Below, piece by piece: positions 45,377 through 53,471 of a stretch of 54,874 nt of DNA (positions are counted from its first letter, which is position 1; each line of letters begins with the position of its first letter). The notes under the pieces are model-generated. The model was not told the origin of the DNA, searched no databases, and saw nothing but the letters and a program-made list of their open reading frames with translations. The translations under genes were made by a program, and so were the position numbers. The DNA is from an uncultured Steroidobacteraceae bacterium (GTDB lineage: Bacteria > Pseudomonadota > Gammaproteobacteria > Steroidobacterales > Steroidobacteraceae). The DNA lies in contig CAYPQX010000110.1 in assembly GCA_964412975.1 (NCBI GenBank), positions 1 to 54,874 of the forward strand, in the 5' to 3' direction.

Positions 45377-45625
45377 TCAGCCCTCTTTCTCGAGTTCCAT
45401 CAGCGCGAGCTTCACGTCGCGGAGGCCGGGCCGATCCGACCCGCCCATGTTCTCTTCCTCCGCGACCGACAGCAATTGCGCGTCGAGTGCCCATGAATCG
45501 AGGATCCGGCGCTTCTCTTCAGGCGTAAAGGCCGGGTCGGAGACAACTTCGCGCGGCGACCGGAAATGCTTCACGGGATCCTTGATGATCGTCTCGATGC
45601 TCGGCCTGCCGGTCGCGGTTCCCAT
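45377..45625 (-). CDS. Hypothetical small protein (82 aa)
   Basis: It is a clean ORF with coding-like composition: [28 protein letters not shown]... Confidence 0.5.
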   Translation of the reverse strand: MGTATGRPSIETIIKDPVKHFRSPREVVSDPAFTPEEKRRILDSWALDAQLLSVAEEENMGGSDRPGLRDVKLALMELEKEG

Positions 45626-45799
45626 GTGCTTGCCTCTTTCGCCAGAGTCGCAGGATGCCTGTACCTGATGGCACCTGCCAAGCGATTGCAGTGGCTTGCG
45701 CCTGTGGGTCCCGTCCTACGTCTTGTAGTCACCGGGGCCGACGGAAGTGCGGGATCGTATGCGTCAGGCTTGAACCACGAGCTAAACCGAGGTGTCGCC

Positions 45800-45964
45800 A
45801 TGCTTTACTACGCAGTCGTATTCTTTGTTGTAGCGTTGATCGCCGCGGTATTCGGGTTCGGTGGGCTCGCAGCCGGTGCGGCGGGAATCGCCAAGATACT
45901 ATTCGTGCTGTTCCTGATCGGCGCGGTCATCACGTTCTTCATCAGTCTCGGTCGCCGCGCCTGA
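45800..45964 (+). CDS. DUF1328/UPF0391 (YtjA-like) small membrane protein
   Basis: 54 aa with the sequence [47 protein letters not shown], which is the family signature. A GAGG RBS is present. Confidence 0.8.
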   Translation: MLYYAVVFFVVALIAAVFGFGGLAAGAAGIAKILFVLFLIGAVITFFISLGRRA

Positions 45965-46035
45965 ACGCAGGGAGAACCGGCAATCCGCGCCTGTCGGGCC
46001 GCCATGCTAGGATAAAAACGGAGAGGAGACGACCG

Positions 46036-46383
46036 ATGGAAAACATGACCGCAACAGGCAAGCCGGGCGGCAGCACTGTCCACAACGGTGGCAAGGCGTC
46101 CGCACGCGGCACGGAGTGGCGCAATCTGGTTGCCGACGTCGAGGACCTGATCAAGAAGGTCGCGAATGTCAAGGACGATGAAGTCGCCGAGATCCGGGCC
46201 AAGGTCGAGCAGACGCTCGCCAAGGCGAAGACTTCCGCCACGCAGGGTATGGACGCGATTCGGGGCCAGGCTGAAGAGGTCACGGAAGCCACCGACCAGT
46301 ACGTCCGCGAGAACCCGTGGGCCGCGATTGGCATTGCGGCCGCGGTCGGCATTGTGATCGGGCTCATCGCCGGGCGTCGCTGA
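46036..46383 (+). CDS. ElaB/YqjD/DUF883-family membrane-anchored stress protein
   Basis: The ATG is preceded by GGAGAGGAG. The C-terminus YVRENPWAAIGIAAAVGIVIGLIAGRR is the family hallmark. Confidence 0.85.
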   Translation: MENMTATGKPGGSTVHNGGKASARGTEWRNLVADVEDLIKKVANVKDDEVAEIRAKVEQTLAKAKTSATQGMDAIRGQAEEVTEATDQYVRENPWAAIGIAAAVGIVIGLIAGRR

Positions 46384-46410
46384 TTCGCCGCCCGCGGGGG
46401 GGTAGTTCCG

Positions 46411-46800
46411 ATGCGTTCAATGCTTGCACGGCTGGTGCCCGCACTCCTGCGGCACCTTGAAGGCTACGCCGATGTCGCGGGCGAGGATGCGCGCGACGCG
46501 GCTGCGATCGTCGCGCGGCGTTTGCTTGCCCTCCTGCTCGGCGTTGCGGCGGCACTCATCGCGCTACTGATGTTTTGCGCCTGGCTTCTCGCCCTGGCCT
46601 GGGACGGTCCTTGGCGCCTCTGGACCGCCGCGGGCCTTGCGCTCGCTTTCGCGGCAGGTGCGGCGGGCCTCGCAATTCCGGCGCTGCGGCGCCGCTCGAA
46701 GGCGGACGCAAAGTTCTTTTCGCGCGTGCGGCACGAATGGGATCGGGACCGCGAGCTCATCGACCGTGCCCTGGACCGGAGTGATCATGCGACGAAATGA
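46411..46800 (+). CDS. YqjE-like (DUF1469, holin-X-like) inner membrane protein
   Basis: 129 aa with two TM helices. It sits in the position expected for the elaB/yqjD-yqjE-yqjK operon order. Confidence 0.65.
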   Translation: MRSMLARLVPALLRHLEGYADVAGEDARDAAAIVARRLLALLLGVAAALIALLMFCAWLLALAWDGPWRLWTAAGLALAFAAGAAGLAIPALRRRSKADAKFFSRVRHEWDRDRELIDRALDRSDHATK

Positions 46801-47080
46801 AATGGCGCCGGATGAGTCGCCCCTGGATTTGCTGTCGCCGGCGGAGCGCAGGCTCGCCGCGAGCCGGGCCGACATCGAGGCATTGCTGAGTCGGGAACCC
46901 GACACGTTTCCGCGCAGCGAAACGATGCGCTTCCTGATGGGCGGGCAAGGGAGAATCGTGGCGCTGGGTGTGCTTGCGGGCCTGCTTGCATTCAAGCCGA
47001 AGCTCGCGCTTTCGCTGGTCCGCTTCCTGCCTGCTAGCGGGCTCCTGCCCATCGGGCGCATCCTGCAGCAACTGCGCTGA
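46787..47080 (+). CDS. YqjK-like small protein
   Basis: ATG 46787 overlaps the end of the previous gene. It is 97 aa with one hydrophobic segment. The functional call rests on operon position only. Confidence 0.45.
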   Translation: MRRNEMAPDESPLDLLSPAERRLAASRADIEALLSREPDTFPRSETMRFLMGGQGRIVALGVLAGLLAFKPKLALSLVRFLPASGLLPIGRILQQLR

Positions 47081-47183
47081 GCGGTTGCCGTCCCGGACCG
47101 GGGAGAGCCATGTAAGCATTCCGCGTCTGCGATCGACGCGCACCCGACGGCTTACAGCCAGTTGCTCCAGCGGCGCGGTGGAG

Positions 47184-48305
47184 CTACCGCGTTTTCTGAG
47201 CGGCCTTGAGGCTTCCCGGCACCGGCGGACCCGCAGCCGGGTTGAACTTGCGGTGATCGAGTCCGAGGTATTGCAGCATCGTCGCTGCGACGTCGCTCTG
47301 CGTCACGTCGGGGAAATTCTGTACTTCGCCGAGTGCCGGGGTGTCCGGCCCGATGATCGCGATCCAGATGTCCTGGCTGCCCTGGATTCCGAAATCGTGC
47401 TCGGACCAGTCGGTGGACGTACGCCCACGGCCGTGATCGGTCGTGATGACCAGCGTCGTGTTGCCGCGATAGCCGTCGAGCGACTGCAGCGTTTTCCACA
47501 GCTCCGCGAGAAATCCGTCCGCGAGGTGCAGGTAATCGAGCAGCCGGTCGTAACGGCGGGCATGCGCCCAGTCGTCCGACTGGCCGAGGCCGAGCCAGAG
47601 CACGCGCGGCTTGTTTTTCTTCAGGTAGCCGAGGGCGATGTGGAATGTGAGCGCGTCGTTGCTGCTTTCCTCCCAGTTTTCGATCACCTGTTCGCGCAGG
47701 CGTCCCATCAGGTCCATATCAGGCGTGCTGAGTTCCGGCGGGACGATACCGTAGGCGCCGCTCATGAAAAACGTGCCGTCCTTTTGCGAAGCCGCGTACT
47801 TGAATCCGTCCCAGGAGCCGATCTGCGCGACCTCGGTCGGCTTGAGTGTCAGCGTCCGGTGCACGTAGTCGAGCACGGTCTCGTGCGGATAGCGGACGAA
47901 ATCGTTGCTCTTGATCTCGGGATGGGCCTCGCCGGTCAGGATTTCCGAGTAACCCGGGTAGGAGAACCACTGGTTGTTTTGGACGGTGACTTTGCTGCCG
48001 AGCGCCTGGTTCCCGAGCACCATGCCGGCGGGTGCGAGCGTCTTCCAGAAAAACGGCATCAGCGCTTCGCGTCGCTCTTTCGCGGTCGAACGCCCGTAGC
48101 GTGAGCGGGTTACGTCGATCTCGTAGATGCCGGATTCCGCTTCCGGCGCATCGGCAATCACGGCATCGAGGCCGCCGAAGAGCTCCTGAATGCGCACGCC
48201 GTCGAGCGTGACGAGGACGATGTTGCGGTCATTTGGCGCGGCGGAGGCCGAAGCGAGCGCGAGGCTGCCGAAAAGCGCCGCAAAGAATGCCGGGAGTCGT
48301 TTCAT
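47184..48305 (-). CDS. Secreted alkaline-phosphatase-superfamily metalloenzyme
   Basis: It is trimmed to the ATG at 48303-48305. It has the signal peptide MKRLPAFFAALFGSLALASASA, the metal-site N-terminus NIVLVTLDGVR, and later TTDHGRG. Confidence 0.75.
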   Translation of the reverse strand: MKRLPAFFAALFGSLALASASAAPNDRNIVLVTLDGVRIQELFGGLDAVIADAPEAESGIYEIDVTRSRYGRSTAKERREALMPFFWKTLAPAGMVLGNQALGSKVTVQNNQWFSYPGYSEILTGEAHPEIKSNDFVRYPHETVLDYVHRTLTLKPTEVAQIGSWDGFKYAASQKDGTFFMSGAYGIVPPELSTPDMDLMGRLREQVIENWEESSNDALTFHIALGYLKKNKPRVLWLGLGQSDDWAHARRYDRLLDYLHLADGFLAELWKTLQSLDGYRGNTTLVITTDHGRGRTSTDWSEHDFGIQGSQDIWIAIIGPDTPALGEVQNFPDVTQSDVAATMLQYLGLDHRKFNPAAGPPVPGSLKAAQKTR

Positions 48306-48400
48306 CTGCCGCCGTCCCTGTGTCGAAATCGCGGGATCGCGATCTCGTTGAGGATAACCCATGACTGAAGACGCGGGAAATCCGGCCTTTCGCGGACGAT

Positions 48401-49861
48401 TCACCGGGTTTCCGTTGGGCCCTCGATCTCGAACGGCGGCAGGCGCATCGTCGCGGCGCAGGCGTCGTCGATGGCGCCCGTATCGGCTGAATCGAGGAAT
48501 CGCTGCGCGATTGGGCCGAGGCAGGCTTCGAACCCGAACGACAGCGCATGCGAGCGGTTGTGCGCTACGACAAGCCGTGCATCGTCGGCATGCCGAACAA
48601 CCGTGCGCGCCCAGTCGAGGCTCGTTGCGGGATCGCGGTCGCCGTTGATCACGAGCATCGGAGTCGCCGCCGTGACCGGTGTCTTGATGTCCACGGGCAT
48701 TTCGGCGCGCGGCCAGAGCGCGCAGGCAGCCTGCTGGCTCGCCACGCGGTGATCGCCGAGCCAGGTGGCGGCCGCGGCCGTCGTCTCGGCGGCGACGTCG
48801 ACGAATGGCATGTCCTCGGCGCAAACGACAGAGGCGTACATCCCCTCGGCCAGGGACCGGGACAAGCCGCGGCGCCAGCGGAGCGCCCCGCGAACGAGTT
48901 CCGCGCCGTTGCCCTGGGCGGCTTGCGTCAGGATCCCGGGCAGGCGCGCCGCTTCCTGCACCGCGTAGAGGCGGCTTCGGATCCAGGCAATCGCATGCAC
49001 ATATGAAATCCTCGCAGGCCTCGCTTCACCCTCGTCGAGGCTGACGGTGGCGGCAATACCCGCGGTCCGCGCCTTGTTCAGGAAAGCGGTCGCGTTAGCG
49101 CGCAGGTGCGGATAAGCGGCAGCACAGGTGCGGTCCGCTTCGCAGCTCTCGAAGAACTGTTCGATCGTCGCGTCGAGCGATTCGGCCGTGCCTTCGGTGA
49201 TGCTGGCGGACGGCGGCACGGCGCCCAGCAGCACGGCCGCACGGACGCGTTCCGGACGGCGGCGAAGATATTCCTGGACGACGCGCGTCCCGTAGGATTC
49301 GCCGACGAGATTGATTCTCTCGTAGCCGAGTGCGGCCCGGATGGCGTCGGCATCCAGGATCGCATCGGCGGTGCCGTAGCGGATCAGGTCGTGGCTTGCA
49401 GCGAGGCGATCCCGGCAGGCCTTCAGGTGACCGCGGTCGAAGAGATCGATCGCATAGGTGTTCGGATCGTCGGGATCGCCCGCAAAGCTGCAATGCATGG
49501 GTGCCGAGCGGCCGGTTCCGCGCTGGTCGATGAAGACGAGATCCCTCCGTTCGCGCGCCGTCCGCCAGGCTCGCTCCGTTTTCGCCGCCTCGTCGGAGGC
49601 GGCGGCACCGGGTCCGCCATAAAAGAAGAAGACCGGATCCGGAAGCGGCTTCGCTCCCGTCGCCGGCGCGATCGCGACATGGATCTCGATGGAACGGCCG
49701 GAAGCGGCGGACCGGTTTTCGAGCACGCGCAGCGTGCCGCAGCGCAGGCCTTCGATGGCGATTCGCACGCAGGGGATCGGCGACAGGCTGGCCTGCGGCG
49801 ACGCGGCGGCAAAGCCTGGGCCGAGCACGGTCGCAGTGGCCAGGATTGAAAGGCATTTCAC
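48401..49861 (-). CDS. Secreted alpha/beta hydrolase (S33 / tripeptidyl-aminopeptidase-like)
   Basis: It has a GTG start and a signal peptide. It carries FFYGGPGAAAS, FIDQRGTGRS, the nucleophile elbow GESYG, and a C-terminal cap/TAP-like region. Confidence 0.8.
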   Translation of the reverse strand: MKCLSILATATVLGPGFAAASPQASLSPIPCVRIAIEGLRCGTLRVLENRSAASGRSIEIHVAIAPATGAKPLPDPVFFFYGGPGAAASDEAAKTERAWRTARERRDLVFIDQRGTGRSAPMHCSFAGDPDDPNTYAIDLFDRGHLKACRDRLAASHDLIRYGTADAILDADAIRAALGYERINLVGESYGTRVVQEYLRRRPERVRAAVLLGAVPPSASITEGTAESLDATIEQFFESCEADRTCAAAYPHLRANATAFLNKARTAGIAATVSLDEGEARPARISYVHAIAWIRSRLYAVQEAARLPGILTQAAQGNGAELVRGALRWRRGLSRSLAEGMYASVVCAEDMPFVDVAAETTAAAATWLGDHRVASQQAACALWPRAEMPVDIKTPVTAATPMLVINGDRDPATSLDWARTVVRHADDARLVVAHNRSHALSFGFEACLGPIAQRFLDSADTGAIDDACAATMRLPPFEIEGPTETR

Positions 49862-49924
49862 GCGGCGCTCCCCAGGACAAGCGGCGGCAGGTGGCCGTGG
49901 CCCATCGACCGCGGACCCCGGCGG

Positions 49925-51529
49925 TCAGTTCACCCCGCTGATCACGAGGTCGTAGAGTTTGTCCGGCCGGGCACTGCTTCCCCAGTCCACGATGTGGATG
50001 TAGAACGTCGTGGCGCCGCTGACCTGGACCTGCAGGAAGGAGTCGAGGACGACGCCGAGATCTTCGTCGTCGTGCGTGCACACAGAATTGAAGAGCGGAG
50101 CCACGCAGGTGTTGAGCGGGTTACCGTTCGCGTCCACGATCTCAATTACCGAATCGAGCGGACTGCCGTTGACCTGTGCATTGATGTCGACGGTGACGGT
50201 GGACGCTGCCGTCGTTGTAATCGCGTAGTAGTCCTCGTCGGGCTGGAACACGGTGTTTGGATGGCCGCTCGGGCTGATCGAAGCAGCATAGCTTCCATTG
50301 CCCGGTAGCACGGTGGCATCGGCGATCGTGTCATTCCGCCCGAGCACCGCGGCGTTGATCGTAATGCTGAGCGCCTGCGTGACCGAGTCCGGGCAGGAAT
50401 CCGTGACTGTCACCTCAAATGCCTGCGTTTCGAGAGTGTCCGGCGTTCCAGTGATCTGCCCTGTCGTGGAATTGAGGACGAGCTGGCTCGGCAACACGCC
50501 CGCCGTGACCGCGAAAGAATAGGGTGGAACGCCGCCTGATGCCTGGACCGACGCGTTGTAAGCGGTGTTGATGGCTCCGTTCGGAAGGGCGCCTGTCGTG
50601 ATATCGAGCACCGCAGGATTCAGTGTCAGGCCGATCGCCGCCTGCGTGTCCGTCTGCGCCGGGCTGTCGATATCCGTCACCCGCACGGTCAGGGCCGTCG
50701 CCGCCGCGACACAAACCGGGTCGGGCGTACCGCTGATCTCTCCAGTGGCCGGGTCCGGACCTCCGAGGCCGGCTGGCAGGGTGCCGGCGGTCAGTGACCA
50801 GGTGAGGGGCAACAGACCGCCCTCGGCCTCGACTGCGGCAGAGTATGGCTCGCCGCCGGTGGCATCGGGCAGCGCCGTGGTCGTGATCTCGAGGTCGACG
50901 TCGATCTGGTATTCCTGCGAGGCATTTTGCGGCGGAAATGTGTCGTCGTCGACGAAAACCGAGAAGACCTCGCTCCGCGCGTCAGGCGCGACCGTTCCTG
51001 CGATCACGCCGTCCGCACCGATCCCGAGGCCGGAGGGCAGCGAGCCCGGGCCGATGCCAAACGCGTAGGCCGTCGTACCGCCTGTGACGACGATGGCCGC
51101 TGAGTAGGCCGCGCCCACGGTCGTCGCCGGCAGCGTAGTGGTTGTAATCACAAGAGGATCGACGACGTCGATTGAAAGCGCCTGCGTATCGGTTGCGGGC
51201 TGTTTCGCCGTATCGGAGACTGACACCGTGAAGTTGGTGGTCCCCGCGGGCCCTGCCGGGGTGCCGGTGATGGCGCCCGCGGCGCTGAGCGTGAGGCCGG
51301 CAGGCAGCGCGCCCGCGCTGATGCTGAAGGTCCGCGTGCCCTTGCCGCCGGTGGCGGCAACGGTCTGGCTGTAGGCGACGCCGACCACGCCATCGTTGAC
51401 CGTGGTGCTCGTAATGTTGAGCGGGCCACTGCCACCGCCGCCATCGCCGCCCCCGCCGCAGGCCGAAATGACTGCGGTCAGCAGAACCAGCGTGAATGCG
51501 CGGGCAAAGGGTGCGTTCCACATTCTCAT
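49925..51529 (-). CDS. Lipoprotein with five tandem Ig-like (putative-Ig/cadherin-like) repeats and a C-terminal pre-peptidase (PPC)-like domain
   Basis: It has the lipobox AVISAC. Repeated units of about 85 aa follow the pattern LP.G..G..Y...V.A.GG..P..F....G.LP.GL.L...G.I.GTP. Its start overlaps the metzincin stop (ATGA). Confidence 0.8.
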   Translation of the reverse strand: MRMWNAPFARAFTLVLLTAVISACGGGGDGGGGSGPLNITSTTVNDGVVGVAYSQTVAATGGKGTRTFSISAGALPAGLTLSAAGAITGTPAGPAGTTNFTVSVSDTAKQPATDTQALSIDVVDPLVITTTTLPATTVGAAYSAAIVVTGGTTAYAFGIGPGSLPSGLGIGADGVIAGTVAPDARSEVFSVFVDDDTFPPQNASQEYQIDVDLEITTTALPDATGGEPYSAAVEAEGGLLPLTWSLTAGTLPAGLGGPDPATGEISGTPDPVCVAAATALTVRVTDIDSPAQTDTQAAIGLTLNPAVLDITTGALPNGAINTAYNASVQASGGVPPYSFAVTAGVLPSQLVLNSTTGQITGTPDTLETQAFEVTVTDSCPDSVTQALSITINAAVLGRNDTIADATVLPGNGSYAASISPSGHPNTVFQPDEDYYAITTTAASTVTVDINAQVNGSPLDSVIEIVDANGNPLNTCVAPLFNSVCTHDDEDLGVVLDSFLQVQVSGATTFYIHIVDWGSSARPDKLYDLVISGVN

Positions 51530-52761
51530 GGACCCGGGCCCTCGAACTGATCAAAGCGCGGGTCGGTTCCGACGAGCGTGACGTCGTTTCCGGAATCGGT
51601 CGCCCCGGCAGTCACCGTAATCGGACCGATCGATGCGGGCGCGAAGCCGGGCATTTTGATTCGGACAGGTCCACCCACGCTTGAGCCGTCGACGAACTCC
51701 GCGTTGATGGACTCGACTTCGATCGTGTAATTGCCCGGTGGCAGCGGGATTTCGTAGAAGCCGATGTGGGCAGGAACCTGGCTCCCGAAAATGTCACTGC
51801 CGGCGTTGATCGGATTGCCGTTGAAGAAGCGGAACCTGTAACCCGAGACGTTCGAACCGGCGGTCGTGCGGCTTTCGTCCACGCCTGCAGTGGCCGGATT
51901 GTCCACGCGCCGCGCGATGACGTTGACGCCCTGCGCATGCGACTCGCCGTCGGTGAAGAACACCGTGCCCGTGATGTGGCCGTGCGTCGAAGTGAATCCC
52001 GATCCGCCCGTCGCGGGGTAGATCTTGGAGATCCAGGCGATATCATCGACTGACAGGACCCCCTGCGATTCGCTGACAAGGAAGGGAAACATCGTCGGCA
52101 GGCCGGCGATGTTGTCGGTGCCGCAGTTCACGAAGCCGCATTCGACGTTGATCTGGGAGTGATCGAGACCCGAAAAGTGGCCAAACTCGTGCACGAAGGT
52201 TGCGTCGAACTCGGCATCCGTAAGGTCGGCCGGATTGTCAGCATTGCTGACGCCATCCAGGAAGAGCCCGTTCATGACGGCCTCGCCGGCCAGGATCCGC
52301 CCCGTTGCCGGGTTGAAGGAGCAGGGTCCCGCAAATCCGATCACGCTCGTTACGTCAATTCCCAGTGCGGTGAAGATCGCGCCGTCTGCGTCGTAGACGA
52401 TCGGGCTCTGGTTGCCGTCGCTGCAATCGCCCTCGACGGCATTGAATTCGCCGAGATTGCTCACGTCGCCGTCGGTGAATCCTGCGACGTCCTGGATGTC
52501 GCCCGCGCGGTTGAATGCAATGTTTGCCGAAGCTACGCTCTGCCAGACGGCGAACATGTTCGCGACGCGGGTCCGCGCGGCCGCTCCGTTAACCAATGGG
52601 CTCAGGTCGCCGCCATCAGTCTGGTAAGGGATGGCCGCCGTCGTGTCCCATGCAATCGGCGTGCCGTCGTCGTTGACGATCAGCGGCCCACCTGCAATTG
52701 CGGTGGCTGGCAGGAACATCACGGCGAGCGTAGCCAGCCACCTGGTAAAGAATTCCCGCAT
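51526..52761 (-). CDS. Secreted zinc metalloprotease (metzincin, HExxHxxGxxH)
   Basis: It has the motif HEFGHFSGLDH and a signal peptide after ATG 52761. The track uses an upstream TTG at 52779. Confidence 0.82.
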   Translation of the reverse strand: MREFFTRWLATLAVMFLPATAIAGGPLIVNDDGTPIAWDTTAAIPYQTDGGDLSPLVNGAAARTRVANMFAVWQSVASANIAFNRAGDIQDVAGFTDGDVSNLGEFNAVEGDCSDGNQSPIVYDADGAIFTALGIDVTSVIGFAGPCSFNPATGRILAGEAVMNGLFLDGVSNADNPADLTDAEFDATFVHEFGHFSGLDHSQINVECGFVNCGTDNIAGLPTMFPFLVSESQGVLSVDDIAWISKIYPATGGSGFTSTHGHITGTVFFTDGESHAQGVNVIARRVDNPATAGVDESRTTAGSNVSGYRFRFFNGNPINAGSDIFGSQVPAHIGFYEIPLPPGNYTIEVESINAEFVDGSSVGGPVRIKMPGFAPASIGPITVTAGATDSGNDVTLVGTDPRFDQFEGPGP

Positions 52762-52762
52762 G

Positions 52763-53362
52763 TCATTCGCTCCGGACAAATTCCCGTATGAGCGCGGTCA
52801 GATCGCTCAATTCGATGGGTCCCTTGCGGTGCTTGCCGACCAGGCTGGATTGCGCGGGCGCGAGCGCGATGCCTTCCTTTGAGACCTCGGATTGCAGTCC
52901 ATCGAACAGCCGGATGTTGCCTGTGCCGTTCACGGCCACCTCGCGGCCCGACCGGTCGCGCTGGATCCGGAACCGTCCCTGGTCCATTCCCGCCGGGCTC
53001 GAGAGGCCATGCGGACTCGGCGCAATCATCAGGAGCAGCATGTCCTGCCCCTTGGCATATCCAGCGGCGTCGTAATGGTCGCGCATATCCCAGATGTACT
53101 GGCGGAAGGTGAACGTGCCCTGTGCATGGCCCTTAAGCGTTTCGCGCACGCGCAGTGTCACGACAACGGTGTCGAGGTTCGTAAATTCCGGGTGCTTTTC
53201 GACGCGCGCACTGACGACTGTGCCACGCACGATGTCGGACGCACGATCCGTCAGCTGGTTGAGGTTACGCGGCACCGTCATCGCGCCGCGCTGGGCCCAG
53301 ACCGGGGCCGCCACGACGCAGGCGAGGAGTATGAGGAAGCAGCGTTGCAGATCGCGGCACAT
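52763..53362 (-). CDS. Hypothetical secreted protein
   Basis: It is trimmed to the ATG at 53360-53362. It has the signal peptide MCRDLQRCFLILLACVVAAPVWA. Its stop lies 1 nt before the metzincin start. Confidence 0.6.
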   Translation of the reverse strand: MCRDLQRCFLILLACVVAAPVWAQRGAMTVPRNLNQLTDRASDIVRGTVVSARVEKHPEFTNLDTVVVTLRVRETLKGHAQGTFTFRQYIWDMRDHYDAAGYAKGQDMLLLMIAPSPHGLSSPAGMDQGRFRIQRDRSGREVAVNGTGNIRLFDGLQSEVSKEGIALAPAQSSLVGKHRKGPIELSDLTALIREFVRSE

Positions 53363-53471
53363 GGTGTCGGTGGACACTCGCAACTCAGTGTGCTCCCTGA
53401 TTATGTCCCGACGCGGCTTGATGCCGTTTTTGAGCATGCATCCGTACCGGCATGAAGGCAAGCCGCAACGA

